The notes under the pieces were generated by a model that did no database searches, was not told the origin of the DNA, and worked only from the letters and a program-made list of their open reading frames with translations. Shown piece by piece: positions 19,145-29,154 of a stretch of 64,000 nt of DNA. The translations under genes were made by a program, and so were the position numbers. Within the stretch, counting starts at the first letter, position 1, and every line of letters begins with the position of its first letter. Where the stretch lies: positions 20,318 through 84,317 of the forward strand of contig CAZRKK010000004.1 of NCBI GenBank assembly GCA_964600695.1, given 5' to 3'. Source of the stretch: an uncultured Candidatus Saccharibacteria bacterium (GTDB lineage Bacteria > Patescibacteriota > Doudnabacteria > UBA920).

Positions 19145-19285
19145 GAACTCTAAAATTTATTACGGATTTGTTTTGATTTTTGTTTCAATGCCGACTTTTT
19201 TTAATTTGTGTCAGCAAAAAATTAACTTGTACTAGTATTATAGCATAGATTTCGAAGTTTGTCTATAAAGATGTATACTTAATCT

Positions 19286-21067
19286 ATGGCAAAAAGAATT
19301 TTAGCTCCAGGTGAAAAGATAAAAAACTATTCTACTTGGAAATTAATTAAAGATATCGCTAAGTTAACGAAACCTCACAGACTTCGGTTTATTGTCGGTA
19401 CACTTTTGCGGTTTTTAAGTGACATCTCCAATCTCTATGGCACATATGGACTAGCTAAAATTATTACTATTATTAGCCAAGGGAATCTTGCTTCAAGTAG
19501 CCAAGAAATTTGGACCATTGTTATTATTTGGTCTAGCGCTACGGTATTTCGAACGTTTTCTATTTACTTCGCCAAGAAGTTGATCTTTAATATTGGCGAT
19601 GATTTGGCTATAGAGGTTGAACAATCTTCTATAGAACATATGTTTAATCTAGATATTGCTTGGCATGAACAGGAAAACACAGGTAATAAACTGAAGAGAA
19701 TCCATAACGCTGCTTCTGGTTATAATCGTCTATTAAGATTTTGGGTACAAAACATAATTGAAATTATAGTTAATTTTGTTGGAACCATAATCATCATTGC
19801 CAACTTCGATACAAAAATTGCACTTATCACTATAGGTTTCCTAGTCGCCTACTGGACAGTTGGTCGAATTTTACGCACACAGTCCGCAATAGCTAGTAAT
19901 AGAGCAAGTATTAAGGGTGAAGAAATTGTTGGCTTACAATTTGAAGCACTGCACAATGTTCGCAGTGTCAAGATTATGTCTATGATAAAAGCTGTGGTAG
20001 GAAAATTAAGAGTCCACTCTGATCAATTATTTGAACTTACACAAAAACGAGTGTTTTGGAATCAATCACGGCAAACCGGAGAAACAATAGTTGGACAAGG
20101 TTTTAAAATTTTTGTAATTGTAATTATTGTTGCAGGTATTATTAATGGTCAATACGAAGTCGGGTTGTTAATAATTTTCAATAACTACTTTAATAACGTC
20201 TGGGGGTCCATCTCCGAACTCTCTGGAGTTAGTGAAGATATCTTAATCGCCCGTTATAACATCTCTCGATTAAAAACTATCTTAGAAGTTCCAGTTACAA
20301 TCGACGACGAAACAAACAAAAAGAAGTTTCCAAAAAATTGGCAAACAATAGAACTCAAAAATGTTTCTTTTGCCTACGGTGATAACATAGTTTTAAAAAA
20401 TATTTCATTTACCATCAACCGTGGAGAAAAAGTTGGCATCATGGGTTTATCTGGCGCGGGTAAGTCTACGTTGTACAAATTACTACTTAAGGAATATGAA
20501 AACTTTGAAGGAGACATCTTAATTGATGGCGTAGCTATTCAGCAAATAAGTAAACGAGATTATTTTAAATATGTCGCGGTAGTGTTGCAAGAAACAGAAG
20601 TCTTCAATTTTTCTCTCAGAGAAAACATTTATCTGGCTGGTCCTGGAACCAAAAATAAAGAAGCTAGTTTACAACAAGCTTTGGAGACAGCTCATGTCAC
20701 AGACTTTCTAGATAAACTACCAGAAGGCGTCGACACAGAGATCGGTGAACGTGGTGTGAAGCTCTCTGGAGGCGAAAAACAGCGCTTAGGCATAGCTAGA
20801 GCGGTATTTAAGCAACCCCAGTTGTTATTACTAGACGAAGCAACATCTCATTTAGACCTTGAGTCAGAAGAAAAAATTCAAGATTCTCTTCATAAATTCT
20901 TTAATACCGTTACAGCTATAGTTATCGCTCATCGCTTAACCACCATCAAAGAAATGGATAAGATTCTTGTAATCGAAGAAGGTGAAGTCATAGAATCTGG
21001 CAACTTTGCCGAGCTTAGTGCAAAAAAAGGTCGCTTCTACGAACTCTGGGAAAAACAAAGGTTATAA
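19286..21067 (+). CDS. ABC transporter, fused permease/ATP-binding exporter
   Basis: 6-TM N-terminal domain. Walker A GLSGAGKST, signature LSGGEKQRLGIARA, Walker B LLLDEATSHLD. Confidence 0.85.
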   Translation: MAKRILAPGEKIKNYSTWKLIKDIAKLTKPHRLRFIVGTLLRFLSDISNLYGTYGLAKIITIISQGNLASSSQEIWTIVIIWSSATVFRTFSIYFAKKLIFNIGDDLAIEVEQSSIEHMFNLDIAWHEQENTGNKLKRIHNAASGYNRLLRFWVQNIIEIIVNFVGTIIIIANFDTKIALITIGFLVAYWTVGRILRTQSAIASNRASIKGEEIVGLQFEALHNVRSVKIMSMIKAVVGKLRVHSDQLFELTQKRVFWNQSRQTGETIVGQGFKIFVIVIIVAGIINGQYEVGLLIIFNNYFNNVWGSISELSGVSEDILIARYNISRLKTILEVPVTIDDETNKKKFPKNWQTIELKNVSFAYGDNIVLKNISFTINRGEKVGIMGLSGAGKSTLYKLLLKEYENFEGDILIDGVAIQQISKRDYFKYVAVVLQETEVFNFSLRENIYLAGPGTKNKEASLQQALETAHVTDFLDKLPEGVDTEIGERGVKLSGGEKQRLGIARAVFKQPQLLLLDEATSHLDLESEEKIQDSLHKFFNTVTAIVIAHRLTTIKEMDKILVIEEGEVIESGNFAELSAKKGRFYELWEKQRL

Positions 21068-21113
21068 AATGGAGAAAATAAAAAGACTGGATTTATTCCA
21101 GTCTATATTTTTC

Positions 21114-21401
21114 TTAGTCTTGTCGCTGCCACACCAATGCAATTAGCTCTCTATCAAATACATGCATCTGACGATAACCTATTCTTTCGAGATATTTATG
21201 CATCACATTTTTATCAAACAACGCCTCAGCAAAATCTTTTGACATCCGGGTGTAACCTCCAAAATCTAAGGTAACCTTTTTCTTGGGATTAGACTCTAAA
21301 AATTTTACTATTTCACTTCTCATATTAACTGCCACATCTGCGGAAGTATTGTGATCAACTTTATCAAAACTAACCACTCCTTCGGTTTGCAAATAACTCA
21401 T
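21114..21401 (-). CDS. DUF4325 (STAS-like) domain protein
   Basis: 95 aa; family assignment from memory of the family, low certainty. Lies downstream of ftsZ on the same strand, beyond the structured terminator. Confidence 0.45.
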   Translation of the reverse strand: MSYLQTEGVVSFDKVDHNTSADVAVNMRSEIVKFLESNPKKKVTLDFGGYTRMSKDFAEALFDKNVMHKYLERIGYRQMHVFDRELIALVWQRQD

Positions 21402-21508
21402 AGTATTCCTCCTGCCAAGTAATCTGACTCAATATATTATTATATCTCCACCTACTTGTCAACAACTGCCGTATCTAAGCCAAGATTGGAAAAGTAAATT
21501 TGAGATAA

Positions 21509-21625
21509 AAAACCAGAGATATCTTTCTTTCAGAGACCATCAGGGCACAGTCGCTAAAATTTGCGTAGCAAATTTTTACAGCGGCGTAGCCGTGCAGGTC
21601 GAAGGAAGAAGATATCTCTGGTTTT
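21509..21625 (-). terminator. Unusually long structured terminator after ftsZ: 16-bp perfect stem (aaaaccagagatatct / agatatctctggtttt), imperfectly extended, enclosing an ~85-nt internally paired loop, followed on the minus strand by a U-run
   Basis: Arms at 21509-21524 and 21610-21625 are exact reverse complements. The element starts 15 nt after the ftsZ stop. A nested AAAATTTGC-TACG-CAAATTTT hairpin lies inside. Confidence 0.55.
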
Positions 21626-21639
21626 AAATTATTCTAAAC

Positions 21640-22911
21640 TTACTTCATCTTCTTGCGAATAAACGCAGGAATATCGAGTTCATCACCAGACATCAAGTCA
21701 TCATCATTCATAGTTGTTCCAACTGGTTCAACTGGTTTTGGTTTAAATAATGGCTTACGGACTGCAACTGGTTCTGGTTCGGCTTGGTCTTCAGAATTAC
21801 TCATAGATGATTCACGATGACTATTATTGTCGTTAAAATCTTGGCGTGATTCTGACTCGCTATACATAGGTCGTAACGGAGCAGGTCGAGGTGCAATTAC
21901 TGGCTCATCAGCCATAGAAGCAAACGAGATTGGTGTTGGCCGACGATTGTTTTCGTCAAACCCAGTAGCGATAACAGTAATTCGAAGTTCGTCACCCATA
22001 TTTTCGTCGATGACAGTACCAAATTTAACTTTAGCATCTGGATCAACGTTCTTAGTGATAACTTTAGCAGCTTCATCGATTTCGAACATACCAAGGTCTG
22101 GACCACCAGTAATGTTGAACAATACACCTTGAGCACCATCGATAGTCATATCTAACAGCGGAGAATTGACTGCAGCCTTAGCAGCAGCTTCGGCACGGCC
22201 TTCACCGCTAGCTGTTCCAATACCCATCATGGCTGTACCAGCATCTTGCATAATAGTGCGCACGTCGGCAAAGTCGGCATTTACCAAACCATGGTTTGTA
22301 ATTAGGTCAGAGATACCAGCAATACCTTGGCGAAGTACATCATCAACTGTACGGAAAGCATCGATCAAAGAAGTCTTCTTGTCGATAATCTGAAGAATGC
22401 GGTCATTCTGAATTGTAATAATTGCGTCAACTTTATCTTTCAAGTTTTCGTAACCAGTTTCTGCAATTTCACGACGCTTACTACCTTCAAAAGTAAATGG
22501 CTTAGTAACAACTGCGATAGTTAAGATATCACGATTCTTTGCTAACTCCGCAACAGTTGGTGCAGCACCAGTTCCAGTTCCCCCACCAAGCCCACAAGTA
22601 ATGAAAATCATGTCAGCGTTGCTGATAGCGTCTTCAATTTCTTCTTGGCTTTCTTCTGCAGCTTGACGACCAAGCTCTGGATTCATTCCACTACCTAAAC
22701 CTTTAGTAATACTCTTACCAATATGAACTTTACGATCAGCTTGGTTATTGTGCAAAGCCTGAGCGTCAGTATTGATAGATACAAACTCAACACCTTTGAT
22801 ACCTAACTCACTCATTCGATCGACAGCAGAAGTACCACTACCACCGATACCTAAAACTTTAATACGTGCAAATGTTTCAATTTTTGGTTTAACTTCCATA
22901 ACTTTTTTCAT
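21640..22911 (-). CDS. ftsZ: Cell division GTPase FtsZ
   Basis: GGGTGTGAAP tubulin signature. Disordered C-terminal tail with terminal DIPAFIRKK peptide. Confidence 0.97.
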   Translation of the reverse strand: MKKVMEVKPKIETFARIKVLGIGGSGTSAVDRMSELGIKGVEFVSINTDAQALHNNQADRKVHIGKSITKGLGSGMNPELGRQAAEESQEEIEDAISNADMIFITCGLGGGTGTGAAPTVAELAKNRDILTIAVVTKPFTFEGSKRREIAETGYENLKDKVDAIITIQNDRILQIIDKKTSLIDAFRTVDDVLRQGIAGISDLITNHGLVNADFADVRTIMQDAGTAMMGIGTASGEGRAEAAAKAAVNSPLLDMTIDGAQGVLFNITGGPDLGMFEIDEAAKVITKNVDPDAKVKFGTVIDENMGDELRITVIATGFDENNRRPTPISFASMADEPVIAPRPAPLRPMYSESESRQDFNDNNSHRESSMSNSEDQAEPEPVAVRKPLFKPKPVEPVGTTMNDDDLMSGDELDIPAFIRKKMK

Positions 22912-23118
22912 AATGACTACTTATTTTGAATATAATATCTAAACTTTAGTATAAAAAATAAAACACAGAATAACAAGTAACACCGAAACAGGTCTGAGTT
23001 AGCGAACATTAGCTAACCGTCAGTTTGATTTGTTATTTTGCGTTTTAAATTTTGTTTTGCTGCCTATTTTTGAGTTTTTGCTGCCTAATTTGCCACTACT
23101 AGCTTATTGCTAGTTAAC

Positions 23119-24366
23119 CTAGGGCATAAAAGACTTAACCCACTGTCTCAATTTTAGCACAACTGAATGATTCCACAACCCTTCAAATGGCTTAGTAAAA
23201 TTGAAGCTTGTAGTTGGACTAGAATAGTGTCCACCCCATAAAGCCAAGCCCACGACTGTAGCAAAAGAGGGATCAACCACTTGGTCGATAACTGTACTCA
23301 CCTCTGAAGGCTCTCCAATCGACACTGGCAAACGAAAACGATGCTTAGCATATTCTACCACTCCAGGAAGAGCTGCCCCCCCACCAGTCAATACAATCCC
23401 TGCTGGTAATTTACCATCACGATCAATTCGCTTAAGTTCACGACTAACCATGTCGAAAATCTCTTCCAATCGAGCTTCGATAATTTCTCCAACTACGGTT
23501 TGAGGAATTCTTTCGATCTCTTCAGGATCAATTTTGGACATATCTACTTCTGCATTTTTATCCATCAGCTTCGGAGAAGCACCACCAAACATCAACTTCA
23601 CTTTTTCGGCAGTATCAATCGTGCAACGTAAACCAATAGCAATGTCATTGGTAATATGTTGAGAACCAACAGGAATAATTGCGGTGTGCAATAAATTGCT
23701 TTCTTCGTAAATTGCCAAACTAGTTGTACCAGCACCAAGATCAACTAAAGCTACACCAAGTTCTTTTTGACGTTTGCTCAACACAGCCTGACTAGCCGCT
23801 ACTGGACTAAGCACTAACTGATCAATTTCTAAACCAGCTTGCAAAATAGCTTTCTGCAAATTCTTTAAGAACGGAGTTGCGCCATGAATTAAGATAGTTT
23901 CTACTTCTAGACGAATTCCGGTCATTCCCAAAGGATCCTTGATACCGCTCTGTCCATCCAAAGTAAAGGTTTTTGGAATAACATGAATAACCTCACGATT
24001 AGGAGGGATAGAAATTGCCTGGGAAGCATCAATTACTCTAATGACGTCGCTTTCGCTAATCTCACCATCAGCACGAGAGACTGCGATAACGCCCTTAGAA
24101 TCGATACAAGCGATGTGGTTACCACCAACAGCGATGTTAGCACTGCGGATAGGAACGCCTGTCATTCGTTCTGCACGTTCGAGAACTGCAGAAATTGAAG
24201 AAACAGCTTCATCGATATCTACTATTACCCCGCGACGAAGACCAATAGCAGGAACGCTACTTGCGCCAATTATATTTATTTTACCCGAGTCTTCTACTTT
24301 TCCCTGTACTACTCGTATGGTTTGAGTGCCGATATCTAAACCGACTATGTATTGTTCTCGAGCCAT
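23119..24366 (-). CDS. ftsA: Cell division protein FtsA (actin-like ATPase)
   Basis: MAREQYIVGLDIGTQTIRVV phosphate-1 motif. Actin-fold motifs DLGAGTT and GGGAALPGV. Confidence 0.9.
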   Translation of the reverse strand: MAREQYIVGLDIGTQTIRVVQGKVEDSGKINIIGASSVPAIGLRRGVIVDIDEAVSSISAVLERAERMTGVPIRSANIAVGGNHIACIDSKGVIAVSRADGEISESDVIRVIDASQAISIPPNREVIHVIPKTFTLDGQSGIKDPLGMTGIRLEVETILIHGATPFLKNLQKAILQAGLEIDQLVLSPVAASQAVLSKRQKELGVALVDLGAGTTSLAIYEESNLLHTAIIPVGSQHITNDIAIGLRCTIDTAEKVKLMFGGASPKLMDKNAEVDMSKIDPEEIERIPQTVVGEIIEARLEEIFDMVSRELKRIDRDGKLPAGIVLTGGGAALPGVVEYAKHRFRLPVSIGEPSEVSTVIDQVVDPSFATVVGLALWGGHYSSPTTSFNFTKPFEGLWNHSVVLKLRQWVKSFMP

Positions 24367-24377
24367 TTTTTATTTTA

Positions 24378-24821
24378 TTACTTTAACTTTTCTTTCAAGA
24401 TTTTTGAGACAGTACCACCGTCTGCAGAATTACCAAAATGTTGTTTTAAAGCACCCATCGCTTTACCAAAGTCAGCTGCTGTCCAGCCTTCAGAAGCAAT
24501 TTTTGCTTCGATAGCTGTAGCGATGTCGGCTTCGGAAACTTGTTCTGGTAAAAATTGAGATAGGATTTCGGCTTCAGCTAATTCCTTAGCCGCAGCTTCG
24601 GCACGGTCGCCAGCTGTAAAAGCTTCGGCAGCTTCTTTGCGACGCTTAGATTCTGATTTAACTAAACTTAAGATTTCTTCGGATGTAAGTTCGCTACCTT
24701 TAGCGATCTGATCGTTCATGATGCGAGTTTTTAAAGCACGCAAAGTATCCGCAGCTAATTGATCTTTAGCTTTGAGTTTTTCTACTAATAGTTCTTGGAT
24801 ATGTGATAACGATAAATCCAT
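24378..24821 (-). CDS. GatB/YqeY-domain protein
   Basis: 147 aa helical protein. Conserved rpsU-yqeY linkage. Confidence 0.75.
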   Translation of the reverse strand: MDLSLSHIQELLVEKLKAKDQLAADTLRALKTRIMNDQIAKGSELTSEEILSLVKSESKRRKEAAEAFTAGDRAEAAAKELAEAEILSQFLPEQVSEADIATAIEAKIASEGWTAADFGKAMGALKQHFGNSADGGTVSKILKEKLK

Positions 24822-24854
24822 CTGTCTATATTTTTAATTTAGCTATTTTAATTT

Positions 24855-25091
24855 CTAGCGACCTTTTTTAACAGGTTTAGCTGGTTTGCCAGTACGCTTC
24901 ATTTCTTCGCGGATTTCGCGAAGTTCGCCACGACGAATAGCAGTGCTACGTTGTAGGTTGCGACTTGGTTCAGGTTCGAAAAAACGAGTTTTACGCGCAC
25001 GGATTAAAACACCGCTTTGTTGAATTTTGCGGTTAAATCTTCGTAGCAAGCTATCGAAGGACTCATTTTCTTTACGTTTTACTTCTACCAT
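24855..25091 (-). CDS. rpsU: 30S ribosomal protein S21
   Basis: MVEVKRKENESFDSLLRRFNRK...TAIRRGELREIREEMKRTGK. Start at internal Met with SD GGAAAGAGGTGAGTGTAATG. Confidence 0.85.
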   Translation of the reverse strand: MVEVKRKENESFDSLLRRFNRKIQQSGVLIRARKTRFFEPEPSRNLQRSTAIRRGELREIREEMKRTGKPAKPVKKGR

Positions 25092-25237
25092 TACACTCAC
25101 CTCTTTCCTAAAGATAGTTCGTGGCGTTGGCAATTGCCATCCACTTATAAATTTGCACGAACTTAATAAATGCATCATAAATGACGCATTCGACCAATAA
25201 TACTTAAATTGTACGTTAAATTGATGATTTGGTCAAA

Positions 25238-25573
25238 CTACTCTTCGAGCTGTTTGCCACCCAAAACATGAATGTGAATATGTGGAATAACTTGCCCGCC
25301 GTCATGGCCAACATTCCAAACTAGTTTATAACCTTTTTCGGCAATATTATGTGCGACCGCTTGAGCTTTTGTGGTCAGAATCATTTCTGAGATAAGATCA
25401 CTATTGGCTTCGGTTAGATCGTTAACTGATGAGATGTGCTCTTTGGCAATAACCTGCAAATGAACAGGAGCCTTCGGCATAATATCTTTTATCACAAAAA
25501 CATTATCCGATTCGAATAGAATTTCTGACTCAATAGTTCTATTTAAAATATTGCAAAATACACAGTCATTCAT
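25238..25573 (-). CDS. HIT-family (histidine triad) nucleotide hydrolase
   Basis: HIHIHVLGG histidine triad. Confidence 0.85.
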   Translation of the reverse strand: MNDCVFCNILNRTIESEILFESDNVFVIKDIMPKAPVHLQVIAKEHISSVNDLTEANSDLISEMILTTKAQAVAHNIAEKGYKLVWNVGHDGGQVIPHIHIHVLGGKQLEE

Positions 25574-25617
25574 AAATTAGACTTAGGACTTTTTTAATTG
25601 GACACAAACCATTTAAA

Positions 25618-26904
25618 CTATCTCCCCAAACGCTTACAAACTTCTTCGATAATTTTTTCGTAAGGAAAAACTTCTTGCATTCCACTCTTCACATCTCTTA
25701 AGATAACCATTTCATCCATAGCTTCCTTCTGACCCATAATCAATGCAATCGGAGCTTTGTACTCTTGTGCAGCTTTAAGTTGGTTTTTTACACCTTCACT
25801 GCCAAAATGGTCGTGAACTTTGATATTACTAGAAACTAGGTCTCTAAATAGTCTTAAACTTTTCTTTGCAGCTAATTCACCTAATGGTACTAAAAAGACT
25901 TCGCTGTTAAAATCACGTTCAGCTTCTATTTCGGATAGCTCCATAGCTTTAGCCACCGCTGCTAAATTACCAACGAATCCAAAAGCAGGCATTTGCTTAC
26001 CAGCCATATGCTTAACCATTTGTTCGTGATGAGCACCCTCGCCAATGACGATGGTTTCTTTTGGACCAACATATTTGATCACAAAATTTGTTAACGAGGT
26101 TCCCTGTTGACCGGCGTAATACTGATTAAGTTGATATGGAATGGACAATTCATCTAAAGCTTCTAAAACATTAGTGAAGTGAGTTTTACTACCCTCGTCT
26201 AAATAATCCAAAACACTTGGGGCTTCGGCTACAACTAATTGGCATGATAAATTCTTGCAACGCAAAACGTTTAGCACTCGCCCATTGATATGCTCGAGGC
26301 ATTCTTCACACAAATCAAAATCTTTTCCTTTGAGATATTCTTTTAAAACATTTTGATAACTTGTCTGGGCATTAACATCACCAAGCATGTTAATTTCTAT
26401 TTGCACATTTTCTTCTAACCCAAGACGTTTTAGAAACTCCCAAATAGCGCTAATAACTTGGGCTTCTGATAAGTGATTAAAACTACCCAGCACTTCGAAT
26501 CCAAACTGGTAACCAAAATGACCAGCCTGACGTTCATCTTGCTCTATAACATTGTTTAAGTAAAACCACTTCGATAAAGGTTGAGTTTCGAAAACTTTGT
26601 TTTGAATGTAATAACGCAACACTGAAGGTAAAACACTAGAACGAAGAGCTACAGACTTAGAACCTAATTGAGTATAAATTGTGCGTTGTAAAATATGAGG
26701 TTGATCACGGAAAATATCGTTATAAGTTTTCTCTTCCTCTACAATCGGGGTTTCTATTGGCAAAAAACCATAACTGCGACTGGTCTTGTGTAGACGCTTA
26801 ATTATACTGTTCCAGTAAGGTCCGGTTTGGGTAAAGATATCACGCAACCCATGAAGAGTTCCTGGCTTAGTAGCAGTAGGGATTTTTTTTGCAACTTTAG
26901 TCAT
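25618..26904 (-). CDS. HisRS-like class II aaRS paralog, catalytically degenerate (HisZ-like)
   Basis: HisRS-type N-terminus (HGLRDIF...WNSIIKRL...YGFLPIETPIVEE) and a C-terminal HisRS-type anticodon-binding domain. Motif 2 arginine pattern and the GGRYD HisRS signature are absent. Cys cluster CEECLEHINGRVLNVLRCKNLSC. Confidence 0.6.
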   Translation of the reverse strand: MTKVAKKIPTATKPGTLHGLRDIFTQTGPYWNSIIKRLHKTSRSYGFLPIETPIVEEEKTYNDIFRDQPHILQRTIYTQLGSKSVALRSSVLPSVLRYYIQNKVFETQPLSKWFYLNNVIEQDERQAGHFGYQFGFEVLGSFNHLSEAQVISAIWEFLKRLGLEENVQIEINMLGDVNAQTSYQNVLKEYLKGKDFDLCEECLEHINGRVLNVLRCKNLSCQLVVAEAPSVLDYLDEGSKTHFTNVLEALDELSIPYQLNQYYAGQQGTSLTNFVIKYVGPKETIVIGEGAHHEQMVKHMAGKQMPAFGFVGNLAAVAKAMELSEIEAERDFNSEVFLVPLGELAAKKSLRLFRDLVSSNIKVHDHFGSEGVKNQLKAAQEYKAPIALIMGQKEAMDEMVILRDVKSGMQEVFPYEKIIEEVCKRLGR

Positions 26905-26926
26905 TAGTAATAGTGATTAGTGGACG

Positions 26927-27532
26927 TTATTCAAACTTTAATGGATCGAAGGTCGGGAATCCAAATTCGTTAAGTGGGAAGGCACGGAGCCAAGCATGGC
27001 CGATGATATCGTGTTTAGGTAAAATTCCCCAGACACGAGAATCACTCGATGCTAAACGGTTATCACCCATCACATAGTATTCATCGCTTCCCAACGAAAC
27101 AATATCTTCTTTACCAAAAGTTATCTCGTTACTCGGTAAGTAAGGTTCGTCTATCAATGAACCTTCGGGATGTTGAGCATTAAATACCTTAGCACGACCA
27201 TTTACAATCTGAACTTTTTCTCCTGGCAAACCAATAATGCGCTTAATAAAATATTGGCTAGTGTCCTTAGGGTAACGGAAAATGATCACATCACCACGTT
27301 GAGGTTCATGAAAACGATAACTAATTTTATCTACCACTAAATATTCTCGGTTATGGAAATTTGGCACCATCGATGATCCTGATACTACAAACGGTTCGGC
27401 AACAAAAATTCTAATAGCAAACATTAACACAACCGCGATAACAATAACGCGGATTAATTCCCATAAAAAGGAATTTACGGTTGGCTTTTTTTCGTCTTCA
27501 CCAACGTCTTCGATGACAATTTTTTGGTCCAT
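26927..27532 (-). CDS. lepB: Signal peptidase I
   Basis: N-terminal TM. SGSSMVP catalytic Ser box. GDNRLASSDSRVWG box E. Confidence 0.85.
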   Translation of the reverse strand: MDQKIVIEDVGEDEKKPTVNSFLWELIRVIVIAVVLMFAIRIFVAEPFVVSGSSMVPNFHNREYLVVDKISYRFHEPQRGDVIIFRYPKDTSQYFIKRIIGLPGEKVQIVNGRAKVFNAQHPEGSLIDEPYLPSNEITFGKEDIVSLGSDEYYVMGDNRLASSDSRVWGILPKHDIIGHAWLRAFPLNEFGFPTFDPLKFE

Positions 27533-27707
27533 ATTTTGGTTTCAAATAATTTTATAACATTTGAACTATAACATCGCAAAAAAAGCTGTGCAAGGGTTAA
27601 ATGGTGAAATTATGACAAAAATTTTCTTTAAAATGACCCCTTAACTAAAACCTTTAAATTCGCTATAATACCCTAGTATTTACTTAGCATTTAAGATCTA
27701 TCTCCGC

Positions 27708-29153
27708 ATGACAATTCTCCCTCCTAAAATCCAAACTAACATCCACTCGGATGATTTTTTAACTAAAGAAGTTAGTAACGAATCGTTAAGTGGTGGGTTA
27801 ACTCCCACCCCAGACCCTCTTAAGCCTAAAAAGAAGTCCAGCCGCACACTTAAGCTTATCCTGACCTTTATAATTTTAATTATTTTAGGATTGGGCGGAT
27901 ATGCAGTAGTTAAAGCTACCAATTTGGCAGACAAAATTTTTGTTGGAGACAACCATAGTTTGTTTGGTCAAATCAGTGACCTTATTTCTAGTCAGACTGG
28001 CAACAAATTACTAGGCGAAAAAGATGGTCAAGTGAATGTCTTGCTACTAGGAATTGGTGGAGTCGGTCATGATGGTCCATATTTATCTGACACAATCATG
28101 GTGGCACAAATTCGCCCAAGTGATAATAAGGCTACGGTTATCTCTATCCCTCGTGACTATCTGGTGAACACCAAAGAATTTGGACAAAGAAAAATCAACT
28201 CTGTATTTGCAGAAACTTTTGCCAAAACTAAGGATTGGGATAAATCCGGACAAGCGACTATTGATGTAGTAGAAAAAATTTCTGGTTTGGATATACCCTA
28301 CTTTGCAGTCATAGATTTCTCTGGTTTCAAAAAAACCATCGACCTAATTGGTGGTGTAGACATTACTGTAGAACGCACCTTTACCGATTACACCTACCCA
28401 AATAATTCTGAAGGCTATATCCCAGCAGTGACTTTCACTGAGGGTGTAGAAAACATGAACGGAGAAAGAGCTTTAATCTTTGCTAGATCCCGCCATGCCG
28501 CAGGACCAGAAGGAACAGACTTTGCTCGCAGCGCTCGTCAACAAAAAATAATTCAAGCTGCTAAATCTAAATTAGTTTCTCTTAATCTTATTGCTGATGC
28601 TGGAAAAATCAACGAGTTATTTACAATTGTCGGAGATCACTTTCATACTAACTTAAGTGCAGGTGAACTTATTCGTCTCTACACAATTACTAAAGACTTT
28701 GGTTCGGAGCAAGTTGTAAGTTTGAGTTTAGACCCAACCACCAACCTTATTTGTCCAGAAGTATTAGAGACTAACGGCGCTTATGTACTCACAGCCTGCC
28801 CTGGTAAATCCACAGAAGATATTCAAGATTACTTTAAAGACAGTTTTGATTCTGGCCAATTATTAACCGAAGCCGCAACTGTCTGGTTAGCAGACAGCTC
28901 TACTGCTGGGAAATTATACAAAAAAGCTGAGGCAGAATTAGCAAGTAATGGCCTAACCGTTTATAAAGTTATTTACACTGGTAAACCATTAACTCAAACC
29001 GTCGTGTATCCAGTAAACCAGAAAGACGCTACAATTAACCTAATTAAGGACAAACTTAAGGCTAGTGTTGTTTCGCTAGCTCCCCCAGGAATTAAAATCG
29101 ACCCCAAGAAAGTTGATGTAATTGTTATCCTTGGAGAAAACTCAACTCAATAA
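27708..29153 (+). CDS. LCP-family (LytR-CpsA-Psr) cell-envelope phosphotransferase
   Basis: N-terminal TM. LCP core (VLLLGIGGVGHDGPYLSDTIMVAQIRP...ISIPRDYLV). Extended C-terminal domain. Confidence 0.85.
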   Translation: MTILPPKIQTNIHSDDFLTKEVSNESLSGGLTPTPDPLKPKKKSSRTLKLILTFIILIILGLGGYAVVKATNLADKIFVGDNHSLFGQISDLISSQTGNKLLGEKDGQVNVLLLGIGGVGHDGPYLSDTIMVAQIRPSDNKATVISIPRDYLVNTKEFGQRKINSVFAETFAKTKDWDKSGQATIDVVEKISGLDIPYFAVIDFSGFKKTIDLIGGVDITVERTFTDYTYPNNSEGYIPAVTFTEGVENMNGERALIFARSRHAAGPEGTDFARSARQQKIIQAAKSKLVSLNLIADAGKINELFTIVGDHFHTNLSAGELIRLYTITKDFGSEQVVSLSLDPTTNLICPEVLETNGAYVLTACPGKSTEDIQDYFKDSFDSGQLLTEAATVWLADSSTAGKLYKKAEAELASNGLTVYKVIYTGKPLTQTVVYPVNQKDATINLIKDKLKASVVSLAPPGIKIDPKKVDVIVILGENSTQ

Positions 29154-29154
29154 T

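Noticed and set aside
21560-21625. Possible SRP RNA domain IV motif (caggtcgaaggaagaag) inside the ftsZ 3' hairpin
   Set aside because: The GGAA-like segment sits near the 3' arm and not at the apex of the long hairpin. The conserved GCAGC/GGAAGCAGCC core of the SRP RNA domain IV motif is missing. Treated as coincidental.
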